DNA from: Yuukianura sp. NJ FZ-2021
Taxonomy: Eukaryota
Assembly: GCA_046563655.1 (NCBI GenBank)
Contig: CM102285.1
Location: 7,998,001 to 8,062,000 of the forward strand
Length of the DNA: 64,000 bases
Direction of reading: 5' to 3'
Shown: piece after piece, positions 1 to 14,600 of the stretch
How the letters are laid out: each line of letters begins with the position of its first letter
Numbering within the stretch: position 1 is the first letter of the stretch
Position numbers and translations under genes: made by a program
Notes under the pieces: model-generated
Databases searched by the model: none
Told to the model about the DNA's origin: nothing
The model's input: the letters and a program-made list of their open reading frames with translations, nothing else

Positions 1-1399
1 CCACACTTTATGTGCACCCAAATTCTCCAAAATTTGTCCTAACTTTAGAGCTGCTAATTATTGAGCCTAACTCAATCCCAACTCACTTTGACACTCGTTT
101 TCTTGAAAAAAATATACGAAATGCAGTCCCTTGGGTGATTTTAGCAGAAGAATACCGTCGAAAAGGATTACAACGGCAAGATTATAAAGCAATTTAATGG
201 AACTACTACTTAATAAATTCTGGGGCGAAGGCCCAGCAGGCATGCGTAGCATGCTGGTTCATTTTTTATGTTAATTCTTACCGTAAAATAAAAATAGCTT
301 ATCGTTGCCCCTAACAACTGTGGCGCGTTATTTTTGATACAGCCCCACTGTGCGGTTTATGGTATTAACTTGACGTATTTTTTTCTGCTTTGTAGCGCAT
401 AAGTTCTTGTATAAAATAATGTGGCAAGTACTGAAACAAATAATTACCCAGGAAGATAAACGTCGGCACTGACATTTGCGCTTCCTGTGAAATGTTTTCT
501 AATCATACTGAATTCGAGACGGCGCAAGACATGAATGAACTGCATGAACTAACAAACGCTTGGTTACTAATATAAAATAGTTATAGAGCAAAGTATAGAA
601 AAACAGCTGCTTTTTATTACGTTTTTAAATTCACAATGTTATACAGGAATGAAAATCATATAATGTACAGATCATTGTATTTTTCAATCACTATGTTTTG
701 TTTTGTAAGCGTTTAGTTTCATTTTATAATATTGTTTGGACAGTTCAAAGGGTCAATTATGTAGTTATTTACGTTTTGCATGTTCAGGGGACAATCAAAC
801 ACCTCAAACGGTGCTTATAAAATTATGATAACTGTTGTAGTTGTTATGCCTAAGCCTATACAGAAAGAAAGCAGAAGGCATTGGTGCAACGGAATTGGAA
901 ACAACGGAAACGGAAGCTGAACACAACGAAAAGTGCCGACCGCTAAGTGCAATAAAAAGTTTAGGAATTTGAGCTGGATTTTTGAACTTCAATTTGTAAA
1001 GAAAAGTTGATCTTTTTGCGTACTGAATTGAATTGAATTAGTGTTTTTAGATTTTAGAACGATACGAAAAGGGCGAGGAGTAGCTCATTGGCTAGATATT
1101 TGAATTTTTCAGTGAATTATCTCATCGCTCATCAGCTGGAGATTCTCTACGTTCGATTCCATCTGACCTGTACAACCCAGGGAAAGGGATTACGACAACG
1201 AAGGAACAGCAACCGACCAAGAGGGCCTGACAGCATAAACATGTAAGCGGTTAATAACACTAATTACTTTTTACTTGTAAGCAACTGATTGATGATATCG
1301 ATGGCTGTGGGGTGGAGGTGTAGATTGGGGCAAGTGTCAATAAGTGAAAATTTTCTAACGTAAGTACAAATCCCATGCTTTCCCATGTATTGAAAATTG

Positions 1400-1512
1400 G
1401 GTTGAAGTAAACTTGGGTTCCGCGCCTGTCCCCGCCCGTTCAAATTTTCGCGCTGCCTCCATTGTACCCACCCAGTGTCCCCACCGGATGGATACATTTG
1501 TCCCCACCACAA
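1400..1512. repeat. Degenerate dispersed repeat homologous to the inner part of the 9749-11053 palindromic element
   Basis: GTTGAAGTAAACTTGGG...TGTCCCCGCCCGTTCAAATTTT...ATTGTACCCAC...TTGTCCCCACCA aligns by eye with the reverse complement of about 10431-10533. Confidence 0.7.
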
Positions 1513-2633
1513 CCAAAAACAGTACATCCACCTAGCGTCAATACAGTAACCTCTGAATTCAATCTGGCAACGTTTTTTTTTCCTTTTTGATTTGGTAAAT
1601 CCTGTTATATTTTCCCGCGCCGAAGGCGCGGCATTAGGTCTCTGGTAAAGCACGCAATACTGATTACGTCTGCAGGTTTAACTTATTGAGTTTCGCTCGA
1701 TCTTTCGCAATCGAATGCTCTAGGAAGTGTAAAGATGTAGACATAAATATCATCAAACTGCTTCGTCACTGATCAAGTTGCTCTACATTCTAACGAACAA
1801 CGTAAAATGTTTAAGGCTAGTGTAAAATGGTTTAGAATTTGCGCAGTTCTTTTGTATTTTCTTCGTGTTCATGTAGGTAGGTCGTGTCGTGTGCATCAGT
1901 ATATTAGTGGCAGTTGAGGCTTGTACTATGCTTTTAGAAGTTTATTTTGTAAAAAAAAATGGAGGGAATTAAGTAGTGTGTGTATGAAAAAAGAAGATGT
2001 GAAGCGAGGAACTGATCTCGAGGTTTTGTGTGTGTGTGCTTTTGGCGCTGTTTTTTGTATGGCGTCTGTGAATGAAAGAAGGAGACGATTGGCTCTTGAG
2101 AATGAAGGGTGGGGGGAATGTGGACTGAGAGTTCGGAGGATTCATGACCCCTGCCTTCATTCCATTCCCAACAGTCTTAGCAGTGTTATGTTAGGTAGGT
2201 TTGGTCCTCTCTTTGGCATACCATGAACACCACAGACCAAGCATAGTACCATCAGCACAACATCATCCATCGCATCGGCGTCTTCTCCCTCCTTTCTTCT
2301 GTCCGAACGATCCCCATGATCTTCCTTTTCACCAGTTCTGGAAGGAGAAGAGAGTAGAGCAGCTTAAAAGGCACGACTCCTGTCGATTCTGCTCAACCGG
2401 AAGCTCCAGGGAACGGTTCTACTCAATCTTTATTGGGCAGGACGTTGAATTCATTAAGTCAATTAGGAAGAAAGAACTAAAGTGGCTCCTGGTGAAAGTA
2501 GTTAGAGAAAGTGCTTTTCCAGGCCAAAAGTCAGCAAGGGACTTCGAGTAGTGGTGTTCGGACGCGGTTTACGGTTTAGAAATGGAAATCTCGTTGTTCA
2601 GAGAGCACCTCGACTTGGTTTCAGTAGAGGACA

Positions 2634-5600
2634 ATGTTGGAATCGGAATCACGGGTAGGAGCGGGTGCGGCCTCGAACCGGTACCTGATACGGTATTCAG
2701 ATGACCCGGACTTCGACTTACGGTATGTGAGGCTCATTTTTTGTTTTTCTTGGAGGGAAGCATAATGTAATTGTTTAAGAAGGAGAATTCGTTCTTGTTC
2801 CGAAATTAGTTTCGTTTCATAATCGGCGTAATCGTGTCGTAATCGTCATAAAATCGTGCCATAATCGCTGTTACTATGTTCGATTATGAAATTATGATTG
2901 ATTACATTTTCATTCAATTGTGATTACTGATTAGGTATGAGACAGTTTGTTTATGTTTGGACGGTTTTATCACTTACCGACATCGACATTAAAGTAGTAG
3001 CAGTTAGTCATTAAGTAGGTGGCCAGTTGGTGTCATTTCAAACTGTTCGTTTTAAAAATTTAGGTTGAATTTACTCGAAAGTTTTTTATTTTTGAAAATT
3101 CCATCAGTTGAAGTGAAGGGCGAAAAAACGTCTCCCGCCCACTTTCCGAGAAATGGAGTCGACAAAGGAATGCGGCTTGAAGGGGTTTGTTTTTTGTGTG
3201 TTACTTTTGAGGTTGGAGTCGAGGCCTTAACATTTTACCACCGTTTATAATCTTAAGGACTCTTCAGGTTTAGGTTCTCTTTTTTGTTCTTGTTCAAATA
3301 GACTAGAAAATGCCATGCCTTCTCATAACCATAACACATTTTCATTCAGGAAAAATAATTTCCCGGTCCAGAACCAGATTCTTCTCTAACTGCTGTACAG
3401 GTTTCATGTTTCATTTATTTCTTAAGTTTTTAATGTGTAGTGTTCATCGTAAGCAAGCATAGCTTTAAGGCAGGTTTTTGTCAATTCAAATTTTTAGTTG
3501 AAAGATTTTTTAAATATGGAATGCCAGTAACAACAACCTCGAGAGTGGAATTGGAAGGAGGTTAAAGTGTATTTGAGAGGAGACTACGCTTAATTTAATT
3601 TATACTTTCACGGTGTCGTGGAAAATCGGAGGAAGTAAGGAACTGTACTGTGATCAATCTAACTCCGATTTCGGTTTCGTTACCTACCGGTTTTTTTACG
3701 AGTGTTTATTATTAGTAGGACAATTATAGGCAAGAAAAGGCATCTCTCATCTTAGTTTTCATAGGAAGTTATCTTCCGTTCCTTTTTTTTCGTTCATCGC
3801 TCCCCTGCCTACATATGTGCGTTGCGTTCGTTGGTGTCGACTTCGACTTGGCCGTTTACGTTCTAAATATATACGTGTATATCCTAGTACTACACTGTAA
3901 CTGTCTATAAACCAATACTTGAACCATGATGAGGCTTCCGTAGAAGTGGTGACTCGGCTCCGGAGAGGCGAGAGAGGCCCTTAACTCCGGCCCTTTGTTG
4001 CCGCTTACCGCCAAATTTTGGATTGTTGTCGGTCAGTCTCAGTCGTTGATGTGTTGAATACAAATGGTATTAGGTTTATGAGATTAGACGGTTGAAGGAA
4101 ATGTTGAACATTATGGAGAGGTTACTGTCTCCTTCCGATCCGACTGTAAATATGTTTTTACAACCCCTCACTTTCGCATCATTCGTAAAGTCTAAAGTGT
4201 AGTCTGGCCATATGTAGGGAGAGATGAGCAGGAGGATGTTTGTTAGGTGAGTACTATGTTGAGTGATGTCTGGATTTGGATATTAAGGTAGGGGCAGGGG
4301 ATTATATGGACACAGTTGGTGAAGTACTTAAATGAGTATTTGGTATTTAATTTGGCAGTGTGAGAGGAGAGAGGATGAGCGTAAAAGAAGTGAACGTGCT
4401 AAAAAGTTTCATTCATAAAATTCCACAGCATGGGAAGAGGTAATGGTGCCGCTACAACCAAAGGTTGACGAACAACAACATCAACACGATTTAATTCCCA
4501 TCCCGTTTCTGGTTTCACTTGAATTGGAACTTGGAATGAATGAGTTAAGCTCCCAGTTGAGGTCGGATTCCATTCTGTTTTTTACTAATTCATTGTCTAA
4601 TTAACCTACCTAATGGGGACTTACAGCACGGCACACTTAGGACTTTAGTACTCAAACATCGAGTATTTTTTTATGTGTTCAAGTTTAAGATTCAAGATTG
4701 GTAGTCTAAATATATTTTATATGAATTCCTTATAATTGTTATTAATTACAGTTAATTTAATTCTTAGAGATGCACTTTGATTTTGAATTGGTGACTTGTG
4801 GTGTGCATCTTGCAGTTAGGAATGATAAGAGATTGTCAATGTTGTATAGGTTAGTAACAAAAGGAAGACATCATGTTGATTTTTCGATCATCTTTGACCT
4901 GGTTTGGTAGCCCGTTGACCGCTCCCGTTATACAAAAGTATCATTTATGAACATTTTGAATGTAAGAATGTTACATATCTTTGGGAAGATTAGAACGGGA
5001 CGGGAGTCTTTGGAGTCAACTTTCATTTTTTATCAGAATGAAAGGGAAATGAATGGAGTCAGCGGTTAAAAAGACTTAAAAACTTGAAGGATTTCACTTC
5101 AACAGCAGCGTTCCCGCTCCATTTCATCTATTTTTGTTCCTCCAGCCGCAGACAGACATAGTGTCCGTTTTTTGTGGACTAAAATAAGACTCGGTTCCCA
5201 CGGATTTGTTAGTAGGGTTTTTTTTTGTCTGAGTTTTAGTTAAATTCAAAGAAGTCATGCGAATCAAGCTAATTTCTGAAGAAGTGTATCTCCATGAGCA
5301 ATGTTAAGAAACTGGAGAAAGAAAGTAGCGAAAGAAAAACTGAATTGAAGTTTAGGTACTACTTATTTAAGTTGGGTTTTCGGCTTATTTCGGTCGTGGG
5401 TGGTTTCGCCTCCGGTATCCAGAATAGAGCGATGCTAAGAAATCATGGTTCGCTGATTTTTTAGTTAGAAGTTGCTGAAGTGTAGGATTCTTTTGGGAAG
5501 ACGAAAGGAAGCGTCGTTGATAAAGTTCAGTTGAGTAAGTAAAATTGGAGTTGGACGACTGGGTGTATGTGGGAGGGAGGTTTAAGTTAGTAAGTTGTTT

Positions 5601-8600
5601 GCATAGTGCCATGACCTAGTCTCGACTTGAAGCCGTTGAGGTAGTTTTATAAAGCTCTGCTTTGTAATTTTGCATGGTATTACCATTTTTTGCAAACTCT
5701 TTCTAGGAAGTAGTTTTTGCAAGTCGAGCAGATGAGTAGGACTGTTGGTGTGTAGATTGTAGGCATGAATGAATGAGGTGGGGGTTGGTGGCAGAAGATG
5801 AGCTGCTATTCTTTTAGCAAAGGCCACTGCTAGTACATATTGTAAAACTAAAAACCAACTGCTAATTTGGGTTGGATTGGATTTTTATGGTCACTTTGTC
5901 TCACCACAGTTGGTTCGAGAGTTGTGCAGTTCATTCATAAAGTTACGAGCGCTAGGAACATAGTGATCGTGTTGGTTCGTCAATTCCTAGTAGTACCTAA
6001 ACCTACTAGGAATGTAGTCTCTGCTACCTAAAAAACTAACTGTAAACTGTTGTGCATATCATGTGCAATGTCTAGTCTAAGTTTGGACTGGCGGTACATT
6101 CAGAACAATACTAGATTTGCAGGAGCAAGAGATGTTCCGAGCTCATCCCAACTCCCAACATAACTGGTTTGTTTCTCTGTGGAATGTTTACCTTTCTTCA
6201 TTCATTCAGTTCATAGACTGCAGTGAAAACAGATAGAAGAGTGGCCGACAGAAATTGAATTTACTATTTTGAAAATTAAGAACATGAAACTGTGGACTAT
6301 ATCGACGTTTTTGAACGTCATAAATTGTCGTCTGCGTGGACTTTGTAGAGCGACACTGGGTGCCTGTGTGTTTTGTGGTTTTTCGTTGGCTGTGCTTAAT
6401 TTATTAAGTGCAGTTGAACTGGGTGACGCGTTTGGGCTCTAATTTTTAATTTGGAATCCACAAATAACGTCATCTACAAAAATAAAAAGACGTTGGATGC
6501 TCTCAGGTCGCTGTACCGTATGTATTCGTGTTTGAATTTTGTTCAGGAACAAGAGGAAGCCTGTTAGGGATCCGCTTCAACTGTCGCGAAGTAAGATGAG
6601 CTTCGTTAAATTGCGTCAAGAGAGGAGAAAAGTGTAAGTACTGTGAAGTAATAACTAATTTGGAGTTAGTTTCAGTTAGTTTGGGTAGCATTACTTGATA
6701 AGTTTAGGTAGTAGGTGACGGATGAACTGAAAGTACTATAACGGAAGTTAGAAGCTTCGAAATTTAGTTTTAAGCGCCAGAGATTTGCGCTAGGTGAATT
6801 CAGTTCTTTTTAAGGTTTTTATATGCTAACTTAACTAAAGAGTTTAGGTAAGAGTTGTAAATCCAAAACGGAATTTGATGCGCAAACTTTCCTTGCTGAA
6901 TGCTGATTTTGGTATTTTGTTTTCTCCTTTCTCCACTATCTTTTTATATTATGTGTAAAACCGCCGTTCCTATCAAATTGAACTTTATGATAAATGTTTG
7001 TGAGTGAAAAGTTCTACAAAATCCTGATTTTCGTCACGCATTTTTTTCATGCACGAAATGAACTGGACAGTTCCTTTGCGTTCTATTTGTTACGGTTGGA
7101 CATTTTTTTTTGGTTTGTTGCATATCAGTGAAAGTGACATGCCATTTCACTTTCAGTAGTACACCGACTGCAATTTTAGGTAATCTTAATGATTAGGATA
7201 TTGTCTCAGGACATCGAATCGTTGTCTTGGTTGTGATGAACCTCCATTTTCTTGGCTTTTTACCTATTTCATTTTCCATTTTTTTTGCATTTACACCGGG
7301 TCCCGGCTTTAGACGTTTACTTTTTACTTTTAGAATTTTACTTTTGTCTTTTACTTACTGAAATTTTGCTTTTGCGTTGGGTGTACGTTAATAATAATTT
7401 TGTTTTATTTTTGGACTGTTGTAGGATAACTGCGGCTAGACAAATAGCGGAGGCCTTCAGACAGACTTATGAATCCAACCAGAGCCTTGATGAGGTCATC
7501 ACCCTCATGGACAAACTCGTCAAAGATGAAGGTAAGCGATGTCTTAACATAGAACCTAAAATTAAAATTACAATATAAAAATCAACGAAACAGTTTTACT
7601 TCAGCATAGCTTCAAGGTTAAATCTTAGCGTTGTGCAGCTTGTAAATGAGCGGTGAGCAGGGTCTGAATTTGCCCATTTTAGGCTCAATTCTCGGAGTTT
7701 TTCGTCTCAAAACTCAATTTTTCGTCCCGCCTACGGCGGGAGAACAATTTCCGAACTGATTTTCCGGCTCTGATTTCGATTTTTCTTCCCGCCTACGGCG
7801 GGAGAAATCGTTTTTCAGCATATAATTTGAAAAATTTTGGTGCCGCCCTTCGGGTGTACCCCGACCATTCTAAGGGCTAAAATTGATTTTCATGCCAGAA
7901 ATTCTCAAAATCGTTTTTACGGATCGTTGGGCCCTCTAACCGAGCTCAAATTGACTTTTGTTCCCTAAAAGTTTAAAATTTCTTGCGCCTTCGGCGCAAC
8001 AAATCGTTGTTATTTTAAGGGAGTTTGGCCCGTCTAACCTTGCTCGAATTGACTTTCGCTCTATAAAATCTCAAAATTTCTGCGTCTTCAGCGCAATTGT
8101 AGTTTCCGGTGCGAATATAATTTCCGATGTTTAAAATTTAAAAAAAAATGTCATGAACCAAGTCCCCGGAATTTTCGAAAAAAAATGATTCCAAAATTTC
8201 GGAGGGGGTCAGGGAGGGGTCTGATCTCACCGAGGTTGCCCCAGCCTGGCGGTGAGGTACGATGGACAGTGGATGTCCAGTCCATTGGACTTTTTGGTGA
8301 CTCGGTGACTGATATATTACTGCAAATGCTAGGCTTCATGAGGGGAGAGTCAACGTAGAGGACTCTGGAATCATTTTGTAATTTGAAGTTGAAATTGTGT
8401 GACTGACTGGGTTTGTGAGATTGTAAATACAGGAGGCACGTTCCCCATCTGTCATTCATAGCGTCTTTGTAACCTAACGACTGCTGCTTACATTCTGTAC
8501 GAAGCAGCATGCAATCGCAATCTGGTGATGTGGTACTTGCAATACTGGGGTTTTAACAGTATTTTTCAATTTTAAAGCAAAGTCGATTTCTTTGGTGGGA

Positions 8601-11600
8601 TCATGCAGTGTGAAGAGGGGGAGGAAGAAGCATTTGTTGCTCATTTGTGACACGGTGACAATCGGAAGAAAATGACTTTTGGTTGTTTAGAATTTTAACA
8701 GGAGGGGAATAGGAGTGTGTCTTGCGTTGCCTAGCACCGTGTTGTGTTCGCATGCCGCATCTGGACTCGAACCAATTTAAGTTGTTTTTGGAGAGGGGAT
8801 ATGGAACGTGCTATGAGAAAGATTTAAAACTGACGATCGACGGTTTGGTGGCTTGTGACTGGCGCGGCAGAGGGATGCGTAGGTTTAGTTGGCGGCTCGT
8901 TGGGTTCCTTCTGAAGAAACGGTAGGGGAAAAGTACATTAAGTAAGGAGTGTTTTTACTTTTCATTTTTCAAATGTGATCATTGATCTTGGGAGTTGAGA
9001 ATAGTTAGCTAGCATGTGTTGTGCAGCTAGAGATGAAGGTGATGGCGAACTTTGTCAATTTATGCTTGGATTTGTCGTAATTTTATTAACTTCCACTACT
9101 TGGCGGGACTACGAACTACCCAAGTAACTGCTGGACTAGTATAAATTGCGGGACTAACATAGGTGGCGGGACTAAAAATGTGTGAAAACGTAGTTTTTAG
9201 TTTGAGTTTCTGATTGAAAGTGAGAGTGAGTGTGAATGGCCTTGCCCTTGTGACTGTTTGCATGTGTAGAAGAGGGTGATAGTGGCTGGTGATGGTGAGG
9301 AAGTCTCAAGGGGCTGTGCGTTGAGTATGAGAGCGGAAGTGGTGACAAGCTGACCGGAAGTGGGCTCTGTCGTCTCATCTTCCAGACTTTTAGTTTCAGT
9401 TCATTTGGTTTCCGAAGGGGTTGTTCAGTACTAATAGTAGTGAGAGTGAGTGCCATTTCCATGCTAGGAGCAGATGTGTTGGAGGGGAGAGCATGTGGGA
9501 CTTGGCTTTGTATGATGTTTCTGGTGCTGTTGGTGACTTATTGGACATGATGACATATGGATATGGACAGGGATAAGGGACGCTTCCAGAGCATGGTGCC
9601 TTGGTGTATAAAAACAAAAGATTCCGTTGGAAGACTTTGTAAGGCTGAGTAGGAATAGGGTAGGTCAGATGAAAGATGAAAAGAGACGGGAAATGTAGTT
9701 TAACTTTGACTGAAATTGGAATATTTAAAAGAGAACACGTTTTCATATGGGGCTTTAATAACGACACTATAGAAAATATTTTTATTTTTAAAAACTTCGT
9801 AAATTGCGAGGTTGAAAATTTCCAACCCCGTAAATTACGAGGTCGAAAAGTTCCAACCTCGCAAATTACGAAGTTTAAAATTTCGAACCTTGTAAATTAC
9901 GGAGTTGGAAATTTCCAACCTTGTAAGTTGCGGAGTTGAAAAAGTTCCGGAGTCGGAAAGTGGTGGCCCTTTTACGGAGTCGAGAAAATTCACGAGGTTG
10001 GAAAATGCACTTTACTTGCCTCCTAATTCCGTGGGGAGAAAAAGCTCAGAAGAAGACTAGCCCCTGTACATTGTTGCCACTACGTGTTATGGCATAGGAA
10101 TACTAAACAAAGGGATGAGTTTTGCCAAATCTGTATACATCGATGAACGATGATACCATACTGCGGAAACGTTTGGTTGGGGTGAACCGGAATTCCATCG
10201 GATGTAACCACAAAGTCCAATTCCTCCACCGCCATGCTTTTGTTATTACGGTTTGTGCTTAGTCTTTTAGACTACACAATTACCAACAAGAAACCCCGTT
10301 GAAGTAAGCCTAGGAGACCACACTGTACCCACCAGTTCAAAATTTTGCGCGCTGACAGTTTCATCACCAAAAGGTGGCCAAGTTAAGTTCACAGGTTAAT
10401 CTATTGCCGCTAGGTGTATGTAATGCTTACGATGTTGGTGGGTACAATTGTTCTCATCCTATGAGTGGGTACAATGACAGTGCGCATAATTTTGAACTGA
10501 TGGGTACAGTCTGGTAGCCCAAGTTTACTTCAACGGAGTTTCTTGGTTATGTTGCACAACTCAGCACAAACTGTAGTAACAAAACGGAGGAATTGTTTCT
10601 GTGGTTACATCGGATGGAATTCCGGTTCACCTCAACCAAACGTTTCCACAGTATAGTATCGATGTATGCAGATTTGGCAAAACTTATCCCTTTGTTTAGT
10701 ATTCCTATGCCATAACACGTAGTGGCAACAATGGACGGGGGCTAGTCTTCTTCTGAGCTTTTTCTCCCCACGGAATTAGGAGGCAAGTAAAGTGCATTTT
10801 CCAACCTCGTGAATTTTCTCGACTCCGTAAAAGGGCCACCACTTTCCGACTCCGGAACTTTTTCAACACTGCAACTTGCAAGGTTGGAAATTTCCAACTC
10901 CGTAATTTACAAGGTTCGAAATTTTCAACTTCGTAATTTGCGAGGTTGGAACTTTTCGACCTCGTAATTTAAGGGTTTGGAAATTTTCAACCTCGCAATT
11001 TACGAAGTTTTTAAAAATAAAAATATTTTCTATAGTGTCGTTATTAAAGCCCCATATTTTCAATATGTTGTTTTACTTTTTTTAAGAGATGATGGGAATT
11101 CTATTGTTGTAGAAAAAGTGGGAAAGACTGTTGGGAAGGAGGGTGGCATGGGCATTAGTCAGATCAGGTGTGCTTGGTACAGGTAGATTCCATTGGAATT
11201 GAATAATTTGTTGACTCATTTCCTGAATGATCCACAAGAAATGCCAATGTTTTAGACGTTGAGCTAAGAGTCAGTCCAGTCAGTTAGTCAGCGAAGAATG
11301 TTCGAGGAAATTTGTGAGACAGATTCAATGACAAAGGCTTTCATGGTCTGTCGTCTCTCGACACGAATTTCTTGGAAAAACCTTCGAGAGAAAGTAACTT
11401 TCACCTTGACACAAATTTGTTGTAAGGAGTTGGCTATGTTAACAGTGCTATTGCTAATATAGTACAAGTATGTGGGTTGGTTTAGTTTTTGGTTAACATT
11501 TCTCGGGCTTGGAATGGATTGGATGTGAATTTGGAATTGTAGCGGGTCAAAAGGTCAGGCGAGTACTCGGAACAAGTTCTTATCCTTCTTTTACAACATT

Positions 11601-14600
11601 CCATCTTCACGTTTTCCTACACTCGGTGAACAGGAAACTAAACAATGACAATCACTTATGGATGTGGAATGGAAGAAGTATTGTACTGTAGTGACAGGGT
11701 CGGAGATCGTATCAATTTGGCAGAAAACAGGATTTGTTTTTATAGTATTTACTTGAAACACATGAGACATTTAGCATTTTAATTTGAATTTTCATATTTG
11801 TCATAACTAAATGCATAAGTTATTTCTGGGTTCGCTGCTCCTAATGACAATGAGCGACCTACTGCAGTTATTACTAGAAGTTTAAGAAGAATTTTAAATA
11901 GTTTTGTCCGTTCCGTTCTCGTTACTCTTACACACTTTAAGAATAGTCTTTTTAGGTTTGTTTTGTCTGAGTATTCAGACTTGGGAGATTCAATTGAACC
12001 GACGGTTCAACTGGGTGAAGAAGATTATGTCAATTTGGGAGTATTTTTGGTATTCTATTTTAGTTACGTTACGTTTTAGCACGTTTTGATTTGGCCACGG
12101 GATGAAAATGGAACTGGAGCGGAGGTGGAGCTGACATGAGTAGTGGATTCGACATTGTGTGTAGGTGGTGGCTTCTAAATGACATAAAAAGTGCCATTCC
12201 ACAATCCCGCCATTTTTTTCTCTCCTTAAACTTACGAACATTAATCAAATTGAAATCGAATTAATTAACTTAAAATTGAAGATTAATCAAATTGTAAAGT
12301 TTGAGATTTTGAGCATCTCCTGTAATGGTTCCATGCCATTGTTTCAAATGAATTGTTTCAAATCGAATTGCTTCAAATGAATTGTTTCAAATCGAATTGT
12401 TTCAAAAGGTAAAATGTTTCAAAAGGTGAAGTGTTTCAAACAAAATTGTTTCTAAAAAAATTGTTTCAAATGGCCAATTGTTTCAAAAGGTAAATTGTTT
12501 CAAACAGAATTGCTTCTAAAAAAATTGTTTCAAATGACCAATTGCTTCTAAAGGTAAATTGTTTCAAAAAATTGTTTCTAAAAATAAATTGTTTCCAATG
12601 GCCAATTGGTTCTAAAGGGAAAGTGCTTTTAAAAATATTTATTTAAAAAAAACTCTCAGATGAAGTATCGTGACCATGAAGTTCGACTTTTGAAAATTGT
12701 CAAGGATTTTGGTAATTTGCCAGTAGCGGAATATTTGGAAGGCATTGCCCACAACATTGGGTTTTATATGTTTAAAATATTTTCTTTGTTAATTTTGATT
12801 CGTTGACCGATAGTTTTAGTTTTGAATTAGTTTGGTATGTTATACTTGCTTAAATTTATAGATTAGTACTTATTGCGTAATTGGGTAATTTGAAATTATT
12901 TTTAAAAGCAATTTCTCTTTAGAAGGAATTTGGGTTTAGAAACGACTTTTTTTTTAGAAACAATTTTTTTTTGAAACAATTTACCTTTAGAAGCAATTGG
13001 TCATTTGAAACAATTTTTTTTTAGAAATAATTCTGTTTGAAACAATTTACCTTTTGAAACAATTGGCCATTTGAAACAATTTTTTTAGAAACAATTTTGT
13101 TTGAAACAATTTACCTTTTGAAACAATTCGATTTGAAACAATTCATTTGAAGCAATTCGATTTGAAACATTTCATTTGAAACAATGGCATGCTCCCCCTG
13201 TAATATCTTGCCGATTCTCCTTGTACAATGCAACTTTCCTGTTTTAGCTGTTTTAAAAAATCCTGGTTAGTTCGGAATTGTAGTCGATGCACTAGGCACT
13301 AAAGCTTTTAGTATTTCTGTAACTGTACTTTCGTTTTTCTTTGTCTGTTGATGACTTAAGTTTTTAGTTGATGTTGATTTTATTTGGGTTTTCAAAAGAA
13401 TTGACGTTCTTATTTTGAAATCTGAGGTTCCTTGACTCCCCGCTTTTTTCTGTTCCTTAAGTGCTCATTGACATTTTGATGAAGCCCTTTGATTGAATGG
13501 CCTTGCTATGTACGTCTCTGGTAGTATTTGTATTCGCTCTTTTGTTGCTGTTATCTGATAATGGGATAAAGTCTTCGAGATGCTCGATATGTGAAACGGA
13601 AATGTTACTTTGCCAATTCATAAATCACAAGAAATTCTGAAAGAGGATTTCAAAAATTATGATATTTCATGTTCACTAAAATCTAACTTGAATTTAAGTT
13701 TTGTTTAGATAAGAGTTTCACAAGTTTTGAGCGGGATTTGTGAATAAAAAATCCAAAGTATTCATAGTAGAAATATCATAGGTGCTTACTACTTTTAACT
13801 TTTGGTTTTTCGGAAACTATTTTGGAGAATTTCGCCCGAAAACCATCGTAGGCTCTCTCAAATCCGCCCAATGCACGCTACAAACGGAACCCACAATGTT
13901 GACGCTGCAGTGGTGCAAGGAGACCGCTCCCACAGAAATGTTGGTGTTACATAGACAAGGCAGTATACGTTGTGTTGAGCATGGTGAAACACAAGTATGG
14001 ATTCTGGTAGTTGTGGCCTCTGTCTGGACGATGATGAGCCTTTATTTTGTTGGATTGAAGGGAAGGAAGTGGGAGCCTTTCTCCGTATGGCCAAAGTGTT
14101 GGGGCTGCTGCTGACTTGTTTGTAGTGAAGAAGTGGGAGGGGTTTGTTACAACTGGGATCTCGAGACCGAATCGTAGTAAAAGGATGGAGTAGTGACTAG
14201 GCTATGGGCCTGGTTTGGTCCGAGAAATACTTGGTCTCTCCCGCTCTCTTCCTCTGTAGTCACTAACATTTTGAGTAAAGGAAAGTTAGTCGCAGAGCGT
14301 TCGTTGGATCCGGAGGGGGGGTTCGGCTCGACTCCCTCCGACTTCCGCTCTTTTACTCCAAAACATCTCTCGACCAAGGAGATGATCCGCAAAGTTCCTT
14401 AACCCGCTACGGGCATTTCAGTCGTGTTTGGTCAGGTCAATGGACATGGAAGTGTGGTAAGGAATTGTGGGACTGCGGATAGCACTGGAAGTGAAAGTGG
14501 AACTGGGAAAGTGGTGTAGCTTTGTGAGGGAAAGCAGTTCGATTCTGTCTGGCAGCACATTTGTAAAATAATTGGAGTTGGGGAGTGTTATAAGGAGGGG

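Noticed and set aside
1071..1165. tRNA-like A box (TAGCTCATTGG) and B box (GTTCGATTCC)
   Set aside because: No acceptor stem, anticodon stem or T-stem pairing can be drawn. At most a decayed tRNA/SINE relic, or chance.
2582..2704. ORF MEISLFREHLDL..., superficially like the PP4R1 N-terminus
   Set aside because: It stops after 40 codons and no supporting next exon was found. The frame from ATG 2634 is the one that splices in phase.
9676..11063. Mirror-image ORFs (WGFNNDTIENIFIFKNF...) on opposite strands
   Set aside because: By-products of the palindrome arms, with no transposase or other recognisable motif.
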